Source: Euzebyales bacterium
GTDB lineage: Bacteria; Actinomycetota; Nitriliruptoria; Euzebyales; JAHELV01
Reading direction: 5' to 3'
Length of the DNA stretch: 64,000 nucleotides
Assembly (NCBI GenBank): GCA_036374135.1
Contig: DASUUK010000075.1
Span: 14,624 to 78,623, forward strand
Shown here: positions 27,407 through 40,760 of the stretch, in pieces
Numbering within the stretch: the first letter of the stretch is position 1
Layout of the letters: every line of letters starts with the position of its first letter
Notes under the pieces: model-generated
Told to the model about the DNA's origin: nothing
Database searches by the model: none
What the model saw: the letters and a program-made list of their open reading frames with translations, nothing else
Program-made: the position numbers and the translations under genes

Positions 27407-27994
27407 ATGACGTCTGCGCGCGCGCCCGGGCCCGGATCCGACGGCTCCGGCCATGCGGTCCGCGAGGTCCTTGACGACGATGCCATCCGTCGTGCGGTGC
27501 GCCGGATGTCGCATCAGATCCTCGAGCACCACGGCGGCGCGGATGGTGTGGTGCTGATGGGCGTCCACACGCGCGGGGTGCCATTGGCCCGCCGGTTGGC
27601 GCGCGCCATCCTCGACATCGAGCAGATCGCTGTGCCGACCGGCGTGCTCGATGTGTCGTTGTACCGCGACGACTACGCGCACATTGGTCCACGACCGCTC
27701 GCGAGCACCCACTTCCCGGTCGACACCGACGGGCACACGGTCGTGCTGGTCGACGACGTCCTCTATACGGGACGCACGATCCGTGCCGCGATGGAGGCGG
27801 TGATCGACCAGGGCCGCCCGGGCGCGATCGAGTTGGCCGTGCTGGTCGACCGCGGCCACCGTGAGCTGCCGATCCGCGCCGACTACGTCGGCAAGAACCT
27901 GCCGACGGCGCGCGACGAGGTCGTACGGGTGCGGCTGACCGAGCACGACGGCGTCGACCGCGTGACCATCGAGCACAGGGCGGGTGACCGATGA
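27407..27994 (+). CDS. pyrR: Bifunctional pyr operon regulator / uracil phosphoribosyltransferase PyrR
   Basis: 195 aa. PRPP loop [21 protein letters not shown] overlap with pyrB. Confidence 0.9.
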   Translation: MTSARAPGPGSDGSGHAVREVLDDDAIRRAVRRMSHQILEHHGGADGVVLMGVHTRGVPLARRLARAILDIEQIAVPTGVLDVSLYRDDYAHIGPRPLASTHFPVDTDGHTVVLVDDVLYTGRTIRAAMEAVIDQGRPGAIELAVLVDRGHRELPIRADYVGKNLPTARDEVVRVRLTEHDGVDRVTIEHRAGDR

Positions 27995-28980
27995 CGACGT
28001 CCAGGGCGACGGTGTCCGAGACGACCGCCGCCGCCGGCGGTGGCGGGCTGCGCCACCTGCTGGACATGGCGGCGCTCGATGCCGACACGATCACGACCAT
28101 CCTCGACACCGCGCAGGCCTTCGAGCAACTGGCGGCGCGACCGATCAAGAAGGTGCCGACCCTGCGGGGCCGGACCGTGTGCAACCTGTTCTTCGAGGAC
28201 TCGACGCGCACGCGGGTCAGCTTCGAGATCGCAGCGAAGCGGCTGTCGGCCGACGTGCTCAACTTCTCGGCCAAGGGCTCGAGCGTCTCCAAAGGGGAGT
28301 CACTGAAGGACACGGCGCTGACGCTGCAGGCGATGGGCGTCGATGCCGTCGTCGTGCGCCACTGGGCACCGGGCGCGCCGTGGCAGCTCACGCACTGGCT
28401 GGACGCCCGTGTGCTCAACGCCGGCGACGGGCCGCATCAGCACCCGACCCAGGCGCTGCTCGACCTGTTCACGCTGCGGTCACACTTCGGCCGTCTGGAC
28501 GGACTGCACGTGGCGGTCGTCGGAGACGTGCTGCACTCGCGCGTTGCGCGCAGCCTGGTCCAGGGGCTGCGGACGATGGGCGCGGGCGTCACGCTGGTCG
28601 GTCCACCGACGCTGCTGCCCATCCGTGCGGGCGGGTGGGGCGTCGACGTCACGCACGTTCTCGATCCCGTGCTGGACAAGGCCGACGTCGTGTACCTGTT
28701 GCGGGTGCAGCGCGAGCGCATGCGCGAGCAGTTCATCCCGTCGACGCGGGAGTACGCTCGGATCTGGGGCATGGACCGTCGGCGTCTCGGCCGGTTGTCG
28801 GACCACGCCGTGATCATGCACCCTGGCCCGATGAACCGCGGCATCGAGCTCACCGCCGACGTCGCCGATGCTCCGAACTCGCTGATCACACAGCAGGTCG
28901 CCAACGGCGTGGCGGTGCGCATGAGCTGCCTGTACCTGATGCTCGGCGGCGACCACCCGACCCAAGGCACCGAGTCATGA
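27991..28980 (+). CDS. pyrB: Aspartate carbamoyltransferase catalytic subunit
   Basis: 329 aa. [31 protein letters not shown]. Confidence 0.95.
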   Translation: MTTSRATVSETTAAAGGGGLRHLLDMAALDADTITTILDTAQAFEQLAARPIKKVPTLRGRTVCNLFFEDSTRTRVSFEIAAKRLSADVLNFSAKGSSVSKGESLKDTALTLQAMGVDAVVVRHWAPGAPWQLTHWLDARVLNAGDGPHQHPTQALLDLFTLRSHFGRLDGLHVAVVGDVLHSRVARSLVQGLRTMGAGVTLVGPPTLLPIRAGGWGVDVTHVLDPVLDKADVVYLLRVQRERMREQFIPSTREYARIWGMDRRRLGRLSDHAVIMHPGPMNRGIELTADVADAPNSLITQQVANGVAVRMSCLYLMLGGDHPTQGTES

Positions 28981-29041
28981 CCTCATGCAGCGTCAGCGGT
29001 AGGTCACGTGGCCAGACCTCATGCAGCGTCAGCGGTAGGTC
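28979..29041 (+). repeat. Two tandem copies of a 36-bp-period repeat filling the pyrB-pyrC spacer
   Basis: GACCTCATGCAGCGTCAGCGGTAGGTC occurs at 28979 and 29015 (27/27 identical). Each holds ATG CAG CGT CAG CGG TAG. It shares CCTCATG..GCG..AGCGGTAGG with the aroC repeat. Confidence 0.9.
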
Positions 29042-29047
29042 GTCCGC

Positions 29048-30388
29048 GTGACCGCCCGCTCGTTGTTCACCTTCACCGGCGTGCGCGTGGTCGACCCGGC
29101 CAGCGGCACCGACCGGATCGCCAACGTGGTGATCGAAGGCGACCGCGTCGCGTCGGTCGGCAACGAGTCCCGCGGCCTGCGGATCGATGCCGACGGCATG
29201 GTGCTGGCACCCGGCCTGGTCGACCTGCACGTGCACCTGCGCGAACCCGGCGGCGAGGACGCCGAGACCGTCGAGACCGGCACGACGGCGGCGGCGGCCG
29301 GTGGCTTCACCGCCGTGTGCCCGATGGCCAACACGGATCCCGTGGCCGATCACGCCGGTGTGGTCGAGCAGGTGCTGCGCCTGGCTCGCGAGGCGGGGAT
29401 GTGCGACGTGTACCCGGTCGGCGCCGTCACGCGGGGGCTGGCGGGCGAGGAGCTCGCCGAGCTCGGCGCGATGGCCGCGGTCGGGGTGCGGTGCTTCTCC
29501 GACGACGGTCATCCGGTGGCGTCGGCACGCATGATGCGGCAGGCGCTGGCGTACGCGCGGACGTGGGACGCGATCGTGTGCAACCACGCCGAGGAGCCCA
29601 CGTTGACGCGTGGCGCGCAGATGCACGAGGGCGACCAGTCGGACCTGCTGGGGCTGACCGGTTGGCCACGCGAGGCCGAGGAGTCGATGGTCGCCCGGGA
29701 CCTCATCCTGGCGCGGGGGCTGGATGCGCGGCTGCACGTCCCGCACGTGTCGACCGCGGAGACGGTGGCGCTGATCCGCGCGGCGAAGGCCGACGGCACC
29801 CGGGTGACCGCCGAGGTGACGCCCCACCACTTCACGCTGACCGACGAGCAGGTCTCGTCCTACGACCCGGTCTACAAGGTCAACCCGCCACTGCGGTTGA
29901 AGACCGATGTCGAGGCGGTCCGGGCGGGACTGGCGGACGGGACGATCGACGCCATCGCGACCGACCACGCGCCCCACCCACCGGAGCACAAGGAGCGGGA
30001 CTGGACCGCGGCGCCGTGCGGGATGCTGGGGCTGGAGACGGCGCTGGCGGTCACGCTGACCGAACTGGTGCGACCTGGTGTGCTGACGCTGTCGGAGGCC
30101 ATCGCTGCGCTGTCGACCGGGCCGGCGCGCAGCCGTGACATCACGAGCCACGGGGGACCGATCGCCGCGGGCATGCCTGCGAACCTGGTCGTGTTCGATC
30201 CCGAGCAGCGCTGGACGGTCGCGGTGGGCTCCTCGCACAGCCTGAGCCGCAACACGCCGTTCGCCGGCCGCCAGCTGTGGGGTCGCGTGCACCACACGCT
30301 GCTGCGCGGACGCTTCACCGTGCGGGACGGGTATCCCGTGCGGCGAGGCGAAGCAGATGACGACGAAGAGATGGACGACGTGTCGTGA
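29048..30388 (+). CDS. pyrC: Dihydroorotase
   Basis: 446 aa. VDLHVHLREPG, DDG, ATDHAPH. GTGA overlap with carA. Confidence 0.9.
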   Translation: MTARSLFTFTGVRVVDPASGTDRIANVVIEGDRVASVGNESRGLRIDADGMVLAPGLVDLHVHLREPGGEDAETVETGTTAAAAGGFTAVCPMANTDPVADHAGVVEQVLRLAREAGMCDVYPVGAVTRGLAGEELAELGAMAAVGVRCFSDDGHPVASARMMRQALAYARTWDAIVCNHAEEPTLTRGAQMHEGDQSDLLGLTGWPREAEESMVARDLILARGLDARLHVPHVSTAETVALIRAAKADGTRVTAEVTPHHFTLTDEQVSSYDPVYKVNPPLRLKTDVEAVRAGLADGTIDAIATDHAPHPPEHKERDWTAAPCGMLGLETALAVTLTELVRPGVLTLSEAIAALSTGPARSRDITSHGGPIAAGMPANLVVFDPEQRWTVAVGSSHSLSRNTPFAGRQLWGRVHHTLLRGRFTVRDGYPVRRGEADDDEEMDDVS

Positions 30389-31531
30389 TGATCCAACGAC
30401 CGGCGCGGGCGTTGCTCGTGCTCGAGGACGGCGAGGTGTTCGTCGGGGAGGCGTTCGGCGCCCCCGGGACCACCACCGGTGAGGTCGTGTTCAACACGAG
30501 CCTGACCGGCTACCAGGAGGTGCTGACGGATCCCAGCTACCACCGTCAGCTGGTGGCGATGACCACGCCGCACCAGGGCAACTACGGCACCACCGGCGAC
30601 GATGCCGAGGCCTCGTCGGTCCAGGTCGCCGGCTTCGTCGTGCGGGCGGCCAGCCGGATGCACTCGAACTGGCGTGCCACCGGCGGGCTGAGCGACGAGC
30701 TCGCCGACGCGGGCGTCGTCGGCATCACCGAGGTCGACACGCGGCGCCTCGCCCGCCACATCCGTTCGGCGGGGGCCATGCGGGCCGGCGTGAGCTCCGA
30801 TCTCGACTGCGACGAACTGCTCGAGCTGGTACGTGCGACGCCGACGATGACCGGTGCCGATCTGGCGCGCGAAGTGACCACCGGCGCCCCCTACGACGCG
30901 GGTGACGCGGACGCGCCGTTCCGGGTCGTGGCCTACGACTTCGGCATCAAGCGCAACATCCTGCGCCTGCTGACGGATGCGGGTTGCGCCGTGCGGGTCG
31001 TGCCGGCCACCACGCCCGCCAACGAGGTGCTGGCGCACGAGCCGAACGGCGTGTTCTGCTCGAACGGACCGGGTGACCCGGCGGCCGTGACGTACGGCAT
31101 CGCGGCCATCGCCGATCTGCTCGCGGAGCGGACGCCGGTGTTCGGCATCTGCCTGGGCCACCAGCTGCTGGGGCACGCCGTCGGTGCAACGACCTACAAG
31201 CTGCCGTTCGGCCACCGGGGCACCAACCAGCCCGTGCGCAACGCCGCGCGCCGCTCCGTGGAGATCTCGACGCACAACCATGGCTTCGCGGTCGACGTCG
31301 ACTCCCTGGACGGGGCGGACCGGTTCGGGCGCGTGACGGCGTCACATGTCAACCTCAACGACGGGGTCAACGAGGGACTGCTGTGCCGTGACGTGCCGGC
31401 GTTCAGCGTCCAGTACCACCCCGAGGCCGCGCCGGGGCCCCACGACGGGCGCTACCTGTTCACCCAGTTCACCGACCTGATGCGTCGCTGTGGCCGCAGC
31501 CCGGTCGGCACCGGCGCGAGGGGGCACGACG

Positions 31532-31545
<14 letters not shown>
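30385..31545 (+). CDS. carA: Carbamoyl-phosphate synthase small (glutaminase) subunit
   Basis: 386 aa. [34 protein letters not shown]. Confidence 0.95.
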
Positions 31546-34914
<3,369 letters not shown>

Positions 34915-34915
<1 letters not shown>

Positions 34916-35790
34916 TGACCGGCACGGTCGACGTCACGACCGGCGCGCTCGTCGCGCGCCGTCCGGTCGGCGCCTACCACGCGTTGTCGATCGCGGCGCC
35001 GGCCATCGCGGCCAACGCCGCGCCGGGCCAGTTCGTCAGCGTGGGAGTCGACGCGGCGGACACCGTGCTGCGTCGTCCGTTCGCCATCGCAGGCGTCGAC
35101 ACCGGCGCCGGCACCATCGAACTGGTCATGGCCGTCGTCGGAGCCGGCACCGCATGGCTGGCGTCCCGACCGGTCTCGACGCCACTGGACATCGTAGGAC
35201 CGCTGGGCACCAGTTTCGTCCCGCCGGAACGACCGGCGCGCTGTCTGCTCGTCGGCGGTGGGTACGGGGTGGCGCCACTGGCCTGGTCGGCGTCCCGGCT
35301 CGCAGCCGGCGGCAACGCGGTGGAACTGCTCAACGGCGCGCGCACCGCGTCCGTGCTGTACCCCGTCGCCCCGCGGCCGGGGCAGGTCACCATCCACGAG
35401 GTGACCCAGGACGGCAGCCGGGGCGCCACGGGCCTGGTCACTGACGCGTTGCGTGCCCGGCTGGCCGACCATCCGGGTCAGCACGACGGAACGCCGACCG
35501 TGGTGCACGCCTGCGGACCGATGCCGATGCTCGTCGCCGTCGCCGGGGTGTGCGCCGCCCATGACGTCGCCTGCCAGGTGGCCGTCGAAGAGCACATGGG
35601 CTGTTCGATCGGGGTGTGCATGACGTGCGTCGTGCCCACCGTCGCCGGCAACGTCCGCTCCTGCATCGACGGACCGGTGCTCGACGCCGCTCGCATCGAG
35701 TGGACGTCGGTGCTCGGCCGTCGATCGGGACCGACGGCACGGGCGACGTCCACGAACCGCGGCGACCACGCCGGGAGTGGGCGGCCGTGA
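34915..35790 (+). CDS. pyrK: Dihydroorotate dehydrogenase electron-transfer subunit PyrK
   Basis: ATG 34915 (one base overlap with the carB TGA) inside ORF 34780..35790. RRPFAIA flavin-binding motif and a C-terminal 2Fe-2S Cys cluster CSIGVCMTC...C. Confidence 0.85.
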
Positions 35791-36713
35791 GCGTCGATCT
35801 GGCCGTCGAGCTCGGACCGCTGCGACTGCGCAACCCGATCATGACCGCCAGCGGCTGTTTCGCCAGTGGGCGCGAGATGGCGCGCTTCTTCCCGCTGTCC
35901 ACGCTCGGGGCGATGGTGACCAAGTCGGTGACCCTCGAGCCCCGGGAGGGTCTGCCGACGCCGAGGATGGCCGAGACCCCGGCGGGCATGCTCAACGCAA
36001 TCGGCTTGCAGAACCCCGGTGTCGACGTCTGGCTCGAGCGCGATCTGCCGTGGCTGGCCGCCCGGGACGTTCCCGTGATCGCCAGCATCGCGGCACGCAC
36101 CGTCGACGAGTACGGGTTGCTCGCCAAGCGCCTCCGCGACGTGCCGGGCCTCGCTGCGCTCGAGGTCAACATCTCGTGTCCGAATGTCGAGGACCGTGGC
36201 ATCGTCTTCTCGTGCCGGACCGGCCCGACGGGCGAGGCGATCGCGGCCGTCACCTCCACCGTCGACCTGCCAGTCTTCGCCAAGCTGACGCCGGACGTCA
36301 CGGACATCGCGATCATCGCGGCGGCGGCGGTCGACGCGGGCGCGACCGGCGTGAGCCTGATCAACACCCTGCTCGGCATGGCGATCGACGTCGAGGCACG
36401 TCGCCCGAGGCTGGCGGCAGGGACCGGCGGACTGTCGGGTCCCGCGATCCGGCCGGTCGCAGTGCGCGCCGTCCACCAGGTGCACAGCGCACTCGGTCCC
36501 GTGCCGATCATCGGGCTCGGTGGCGTGCGTACCGCGTCCGACGTCCTCGAGATGGTCATGGCGGGAGCCAGCGCCGTGGCGATCGGAACGGCCACCTTCG
36601 CCGACCCGCTGGCCATCCCCCGCGCCGTCGAGGACCTCGAGACCTGGCTGGCTGACCACGACGAGCCGTCGATCGCCGGGCTGCGCGGCGCCGTGTCGGA
36701 CGGAGGCCGGTGA
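35787..36713 (+). CDS. pyrD: Dihydroorotate dehydrogenase catalytic subunit (class 1B)
   Basis: GTG 35787 (GTGA overlap) inside ORF 35616..36713. NPIMTASGCF, LEVNISCPN, GGLSGPAIRP. Confidence 0.9.
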   Translation: MSVDLAVELGPLRLRNPIMTASGCFASGREMARFFPLSTLGAMVTKSVTLEPREGLPTPRMAETPAGMLNAIGLQNPGVDVWLERDLPWLAARDVPVIASIAARTVDEYGLLAKRLRDVPGLAALEVNISCPNVEDRGIVFSCRTGPTGEAIAAVTSTVDLPVFAKLTPDVTDIAIIAAAAVDAGATGVSLINTLLGMAIDVEARRPRLAAGTGGLSGPAIRPVAVRAVHQVHSALGPVPIIGLGGVRTASDVLEMVMAGASAVAIGTATFADPLAIPRAVEDLETWLADHDEPSIAGLRGAVSDGGR

Positions 36714-37420
36714 TGGCACCCGCGCGAATCGCCGTGGCGTTGGACACAGACGACGAGGCGCGCCTGACCACGCTCGCCGCGGCGGTCGCCGACGAGGTCG
36801 ATGTGCTGAAGATCGGCCTGCAGGCGCTGCTGTCGCTGGGGCCGCGCGCCATCGGTCTGGCGGCGGCGCACGCGCCGGTCTTCTGCGACGCCAAGCTGCA
36901 TGACATCCCGCACACCGTCGCGGGTGCGGCACGCGCCGCCGCCGCGCACGGCGCCGCCATGCTGACCGTGCATGCCGGCGGTGGCGCGGCCATGGTCGCC
37001 GCCGCCGTCGATGCCGCGCCGGACGTCGACATCCTCGCGGTCACCGTCCTGACGAGCATCGACGATGACGAGCTGTCGGCGCTCGGCGTCGGTGGGGCGG
37101 CGCGACTGGTGCCCCGTCTCGCGTCCCGTGCGGTGGCGGCGGGTGCAGCCGGTATCGTGTGCGCTGGAGACGAAGTTGCGACGGTGCGTGAGACCGTCGG
37201 CGGCGACGTGACACTCGTCGTGCCGGGCGTCCGGCCGGAGGGAGCAGCGATGCATGATCAGGCTCGTGTCGTGACGCCGCGGGCGGCGGTCGAGGCGGGC
37301 GCGGACCTGCTGGTCATCGGACGCGCGGTCACGACCGCGGCCGACCCGGCCGCAGCTGTCCGCCTCATCCGTCGGCAGATCGCGGCGACGTCGTCGGTCG
37401 GCGGGGCGTCACGGCCGTGA
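36710..37420 (+). CDS. pyrF: Orotidine 5'-phosphate decarboxylase
   Basis: 236 aa. IAVALD, DAKLHDIPHTV, LVIGRAV. Confidence 0.85.
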   Translation: MMAPARIAVALDTDDEARLTTLAAAVADEVDVLKIGLQALLSLGPRAIGLAAAHAPVFCDAKLHDIPHTVAGAARAAAAHGAAMLTVHAGGGAAMVAAAVDAAPDVDILAVTVLTSIDDDELSALGVGGAARLVPRLASRAVAAGAAGIVCAGDEVATVRETVGGDVTLVVPGVRPEGAAMHDQARVVTPRAAVEAGADLLVIGRAVTTAADPAAAVRLIRRQIAATSSVGGASRP

Positions 37421-37929
37421 CACGGGAACGCCTCGCCCGGCGGATCCGCGCACGGTCGCACCTGACCGGGCACTTCGTGCTGCGTTCGGGTGCGACCAGC
37501 ACCGAATACTTCGACAAGTACCTCTTCGAATCGGATCCCCCGCTGCTGTGGGACATCGCCGAGGCGATGGCCCCGCTGGTCCCCGACGACATCGACGCGT
37601 TGGCCGGCCTCGAGCTCGGCGGTGTGCCGTTGGCCGTCGTGCTGTCGCAGGTCACCGGGCTGCCGACGCGCTTCGTGCGCAAGGAAGCGAAGACCTACGG
37701 GACCGCCCGGTTCGCCGAGGGTGGTGCGGTCGACCGACTGCGGCTGGTCATCGTGGAGGACGTCATCACGACCGGCGGCCAGGTCCGGGCGTCCGCCGGC
37801 GACCTTCGTGAACTCGGCGCGATCGTCGACCAGGTCGTGTGCGTGATCGACCGTGAAGCCGGCGGTGCACAGAAGCTCGCCGAGGACGATCTCAAGTTGT
37901 CGGCGCTGTTCACCGCCAGCGAGCTGTAG
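37417..37929 (+). CDS. pyrE: Orotate phosphoribosyltransferase
   Basis: 170 aa. FVLRSGATSTEYFDKY and PRPP loop VIVEDVITTGG. GTGA overlap with pyrF. Confidence 0.9.
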   Translation: MTRERLARRIRARSHLTGHFVLRSGATSTEYFDKYLFESDPPLLWDIAEAMAPLVPDDIDALAGLELGGVPLAVVLSQVTGLPTRFVRKEAKTYGTARFAEGGAVDRLRLVIVEDVITTGGQVRASAGDLRELGAIVDQVVCVIDREAGGAQKLAEDDLKLSALFTASEL

Positions 37930-38099
37930 ATGGGCGGCCGGGTGCGGTACTCGTTGGTGGACGGCGGTGCGTCCGACGGGTCGCGCATGCCGGCGTGTCC
38001 GCCGCGACCGGGAGTTGAAGATCGCCGCCACGAGGTTCACCCGCTCAGCGCGGCGGATAGTATGCGCGCACGTTCCGGCGAGTCGTCCGAGGAGGACCC

Positions 38100-38417
38100 A
38101 TGCCGTTGCCCGAACTCGATGACGACGCCCGGCGAGAGGCGCTCAACAAGGCTGCGGAGGCACGCAAGCTCCGTGCCGAGATGAAGCAGCGGCTGAAGGC
38201 GGGTGAGATCCACCTCGGAGAAGTGCTCGCGCGAGCTGACGACGACGAGGTGATCGCCAAGACCCGGGTGTCCGAGGTGCTGGAGTCGATGCCGAAGGTC
38301 GGCCGGGTGCGGGCCCGGCGGCTGATGGAACGTCTCGACATCTCGCCGTCGCGACGCCTGCGCGGCCTCGGCGTCAACCAGCGGGAGCGGCTGCTCGCCG
38401 AGTTCTCCGGGCAGTGA
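38100..38417 (+). CDS. mihF: Actinobacterial integration host factor MihF
   Basis: 105 aa. GAGGAGG RBS. ALNKAAEARKLRAEMKQRLKAG...SMPKVGRVRARRLME. Followed by gmk-rpoZ as in Mycobacterium and Streptomyces. Confidence 0.85.
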   Translation: MPLPELDDDARREALNKAAEARKLRAEMKQRLKAGEIHLGEVLARADDDEVIAKTRVSEVLESMPKVGRVRARRLMERLDISPSRRLRGLGVNQRERLLAEFSGQ

Positions 38418-38447
38418 CCGGTCACGTCCTCCGACGCGGCGCCTGAC

Positions 38448-39035
38448 ATGGGATCGGGCAGCACCACGACGGCGGGTGACGGATCGCGGATCGCTGTCCT
38501 CAGTGGCCCCGGGGGCGTCGGCAAGGGCACGGTGATCGCCGCGCTGCGCGACAGGCTCGAGGGCTGGACCGTCTCGGTGTCGGCCACGACCCGCCGCCCG
38601 CGCGAGGGGGAGCGCGACGGTGTCTCCTACCACTTCGTGACGGATGCCGAGTTCGATCGCATGATCGCCGAGGACGAGCTGCTCGAGTGGGCCCGGTTCG
38701 GCGGCAACCGCTACGGCACGCCGTGGCGCAGCGTCCGGGAGCCGCTGGCGGCCGGCCGGCCCATCCTCTTGGAGCTGGAGATCAACGGTGCGCTGGCCGT
38801 CCAGAAGGAGTTCCCCCAGGCGTTGCTGATCTTCCTGCATCCGCCGGATCTGGACACACTGGTCGCGCGCATGCAGGGGCGGGGCGCTGACGACGAGCGG
38901 CGGGTGGCCGAACGCATGGCACTCGGGGAGTGGGAGCTGGCCCAGGCGTCGGCCTTCGATCACCGGGTGGTGAACGACGACATCGACGCGGCCGCCGACG
39001 AGATCGCCCGTATACTGGCTGCGGGCGCCGGTTGA
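38448..39035 (+). CDS. gmk: Guanylate kinase
   Basis: 195 aa. P-loop SGPGGVGKGT, TTRRPREGERDGVSYHFV. Confidence 0.9.
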   Translation: MGSGSTTTAGDGSRIAVLSGPGGVGKGTVIAALRDRLEGWTVSVSATTRRPREGERDGVSYHFVTDAEFDRMIAEDELLEWARFGGNRYGTPWRSVREPLAAGRPILLELEINGALAVQKEFPQALLIFLHPPDLDTLVARMQGRGADDERRVAERMALGEWELAQASAFDHRVVNDDIDAAADEIARILAAGAG

Positions 39036-39089
39036 CATCCGGGTGCCCGCTTTCGCATTCACATCGACGCCGCACGCAAGGAGCACCTC

Positions 39090-39470
39090 ATCGCTACCAT
39101 CGACGATCTGCTGTCGAAGGTCGACAGCAAGTACACGCTGGTGCACCTGGCGGCACAGCGCGCGCGGGAGATCAACGACTACTACCACTCCCTCGGCGAG
39201 GGACTGGGGCAGTACACGCCCCCGTTGGTCGAACAGGTGGACTCCAACAAGCCCCTGTCGATCGCCCTCGAGGAGATCGCCGCGACCAAGATCGTGCCGC
39301 AGTACGCCGGCGACCGTCGACGTGCCGCCGAGGATCTGCTGGGAGGCACCGAGGAGCAGGGCGGCGCCGAGATCTACGCCATCGGCGACGCCACGGTCGA
39401 CGAATCCGACGTGACCGCTGACGACGGCGACGAGGCGGCTCCGGCCGACGACGACGCCCCGGCCTCCTAG
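39090..39470 (+). CDS. rpoZ: DNA-directed RNA polymerase subunit omega (start codon non-canonical or uncertain)
   Basis: The conserved omega core [29 protein letters not shown]...[10 protein letters not shown] starts upstream of the first canonical start (GTG 39141). ATC 39090 lies 6 nt after AAGGAG. Confidence 0.75.
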   Translation: MATIDDLLSKVDSKYTLVHLAAQRAREINDYYHSLGEGLGQYTPPLVEQVDSNKPLSIALEEIAATKIVPQYAGDRRRAAEDLLGGTEEQGGAEIYAIGDATVDESDVTADDGDEAAPADDDAPAS

Positions 39471-39479
39471 CCTGCCAGT

Positions 39480-40706
39480 GTGAGCGACGCCCGCAAGGAC
39501 CTGGCGGGGCACCACGTCCTGCTGGTCGTGTCCGGCGGGATCGCCGCCTACAAGGCGGCCATGCTCGCCCGCGCGCTGATCCGTGCGGGTGCAACCGTGC
39601 AGGCGCTGCTGACGCCTGCCGCCGCCACGTTCGTCGGTCCGGCCACGTTCGAGGGCCTGACCGGCCGCAGCGTGCCGGCGGACGTGTTCTCGCCGACCGA
39701 TCACGCGCCGCACATCCACCTCGCACGCGAGGCCGACGTCGCCGTGTTCGCTCCGGCGACCGCGAACCTGCTCGCCAAGCTGGCTGTCGGCCTCGCCGAT
39801 GACCTCGTCACGAGCACGGCGTTGATGCTGGACTGCCCCGTGGTGGTCGCGCCCGCGATGCACACCGAGATGTGGCGCCATCCCGCGACGCGTGAGAACA
39901 CGTCGACGCTCCGCGGCCGTGGCGTGCACATCGTCGGGCCCGACGAGGGCGAGCTGGCCGTCGGCGACGTGGGGGAGGGGCGACTGGCGGAGGAGGATGC
40001 GATCGTCGCCGCGGTGGTGACGGCCGTCAGGGGGACCGACAGCTCGTTCGAGGGTCGGCGCGTGATCGTGTCGGCCGGTGGCACACGGGAGCCAATCGAT
40101 CCGGTGCGTTTCATCGGCAACCGGTCCAGCGGCAAGATGGGGTACGCGTTGGCCCGCGAGGCGGCGCGCAGGGGCGCGCAGGTCGACCTGGTCGCCGCGC
40201 CGAACAACCTCGACGACCCGCCCGGGGTCCGGGTGCACGACGTCGAGACGGCCGAGCAGATGCGGTCGGCCATCGTGGGCCTCGTCGACGAGGCCGACAT
40301 CGTCATCAAGGCCGCTGCGGTCGCCGACTTCCGCCCCGAGCGCTACAGCGCCAGCAAGATCAAGAAGGACAGCGACGAGCTGTCGACGGTCACCCTGGTG
40401 CGCAACCCGGACATCCTCGCCGAGCTCGGCGCGTGCAAGGGCGGTCGGGTGCTCGTTGGGTTCGCGGCGGAGACCGATCTGGCCGAGGATCACGGACGTG
40501 AGAAGCTGCACCGCAAGGGCCTGGACCTGATCGTCGTCAACCGCGTCGACATGGCCGATGCGGGGTTCAACGTCGACACGAACCAGGCGGTCCTGCTCCG
40601 CGCCGACGGCGGGCGTCGCGAGGTGCCGCTCACGACGAAGGATCGGTTGGCGGCGGTCGTGTGCGACGAGGTGTCCGAGCTCCTGGCACAGCGGCGGAAC
40701 GCCTGA
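39480..40706 (+). CDS. coaBC: Bifunctional phosphopantothenoylcysteine decarboxylase / phosphopantothenate--cysteine ligase
   Basis: 408 aa. VSGGIAAYKA, PAMHTEMW, AGGTREPIDPVRFIGNRSSGKMG. Confidence 0.9.
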   Translation: MSDARKDLAGHHVLLVVSGGIAAYKAAMLARALIRAGATVQALLTPAAATFVGPATFEGLTGRSVPADVFSPTDHAPHIHLAREADVAVFAPATANLLAKLAVGLADDLVTSTALMLDCPVVVAPAMHTEMWRHPATRENTSTLRGRGVHIVGPDEGELAVGDVGEGRLAEEDAIVAAVVTAVRGTDSSFEGRRVIVSAGGTREPIDPVRFIGNRSSGKMGYALAREAARRGAQVDLVAAPNNLDDPPGVRVHDVETAEQMRSAIVGLVDEADIVIKAAAVADFRPERYSASKIKKDSDELSTVTLVRNPDILAELGACKGGRVLVGFAAETDLAEDHGREKLHRKGLDLIVVNRVDMADAGFNVDTNQAVLLRADGGRREVPLTTKDRLAAVVCDEVSELLAQRRNA

Positions 40707-40760
40707 CGACGAGATCCGGCCCGGCGACCGCGTGGTCGATGACATGAGAAAGGACGTGAC

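Noticed and set aside
28625-28640. GTGCGGGCGGGTGGGG inside pyrB as an 'empty site' of the 42-bp repeat (its two ends without the middle)
   Set aside because: Only short G-rich matches (9 + 7 nt) in very GC-rich coding DNA, which is plausibly chance. It encodes an ordinary part of PyrB (RAGGWG).
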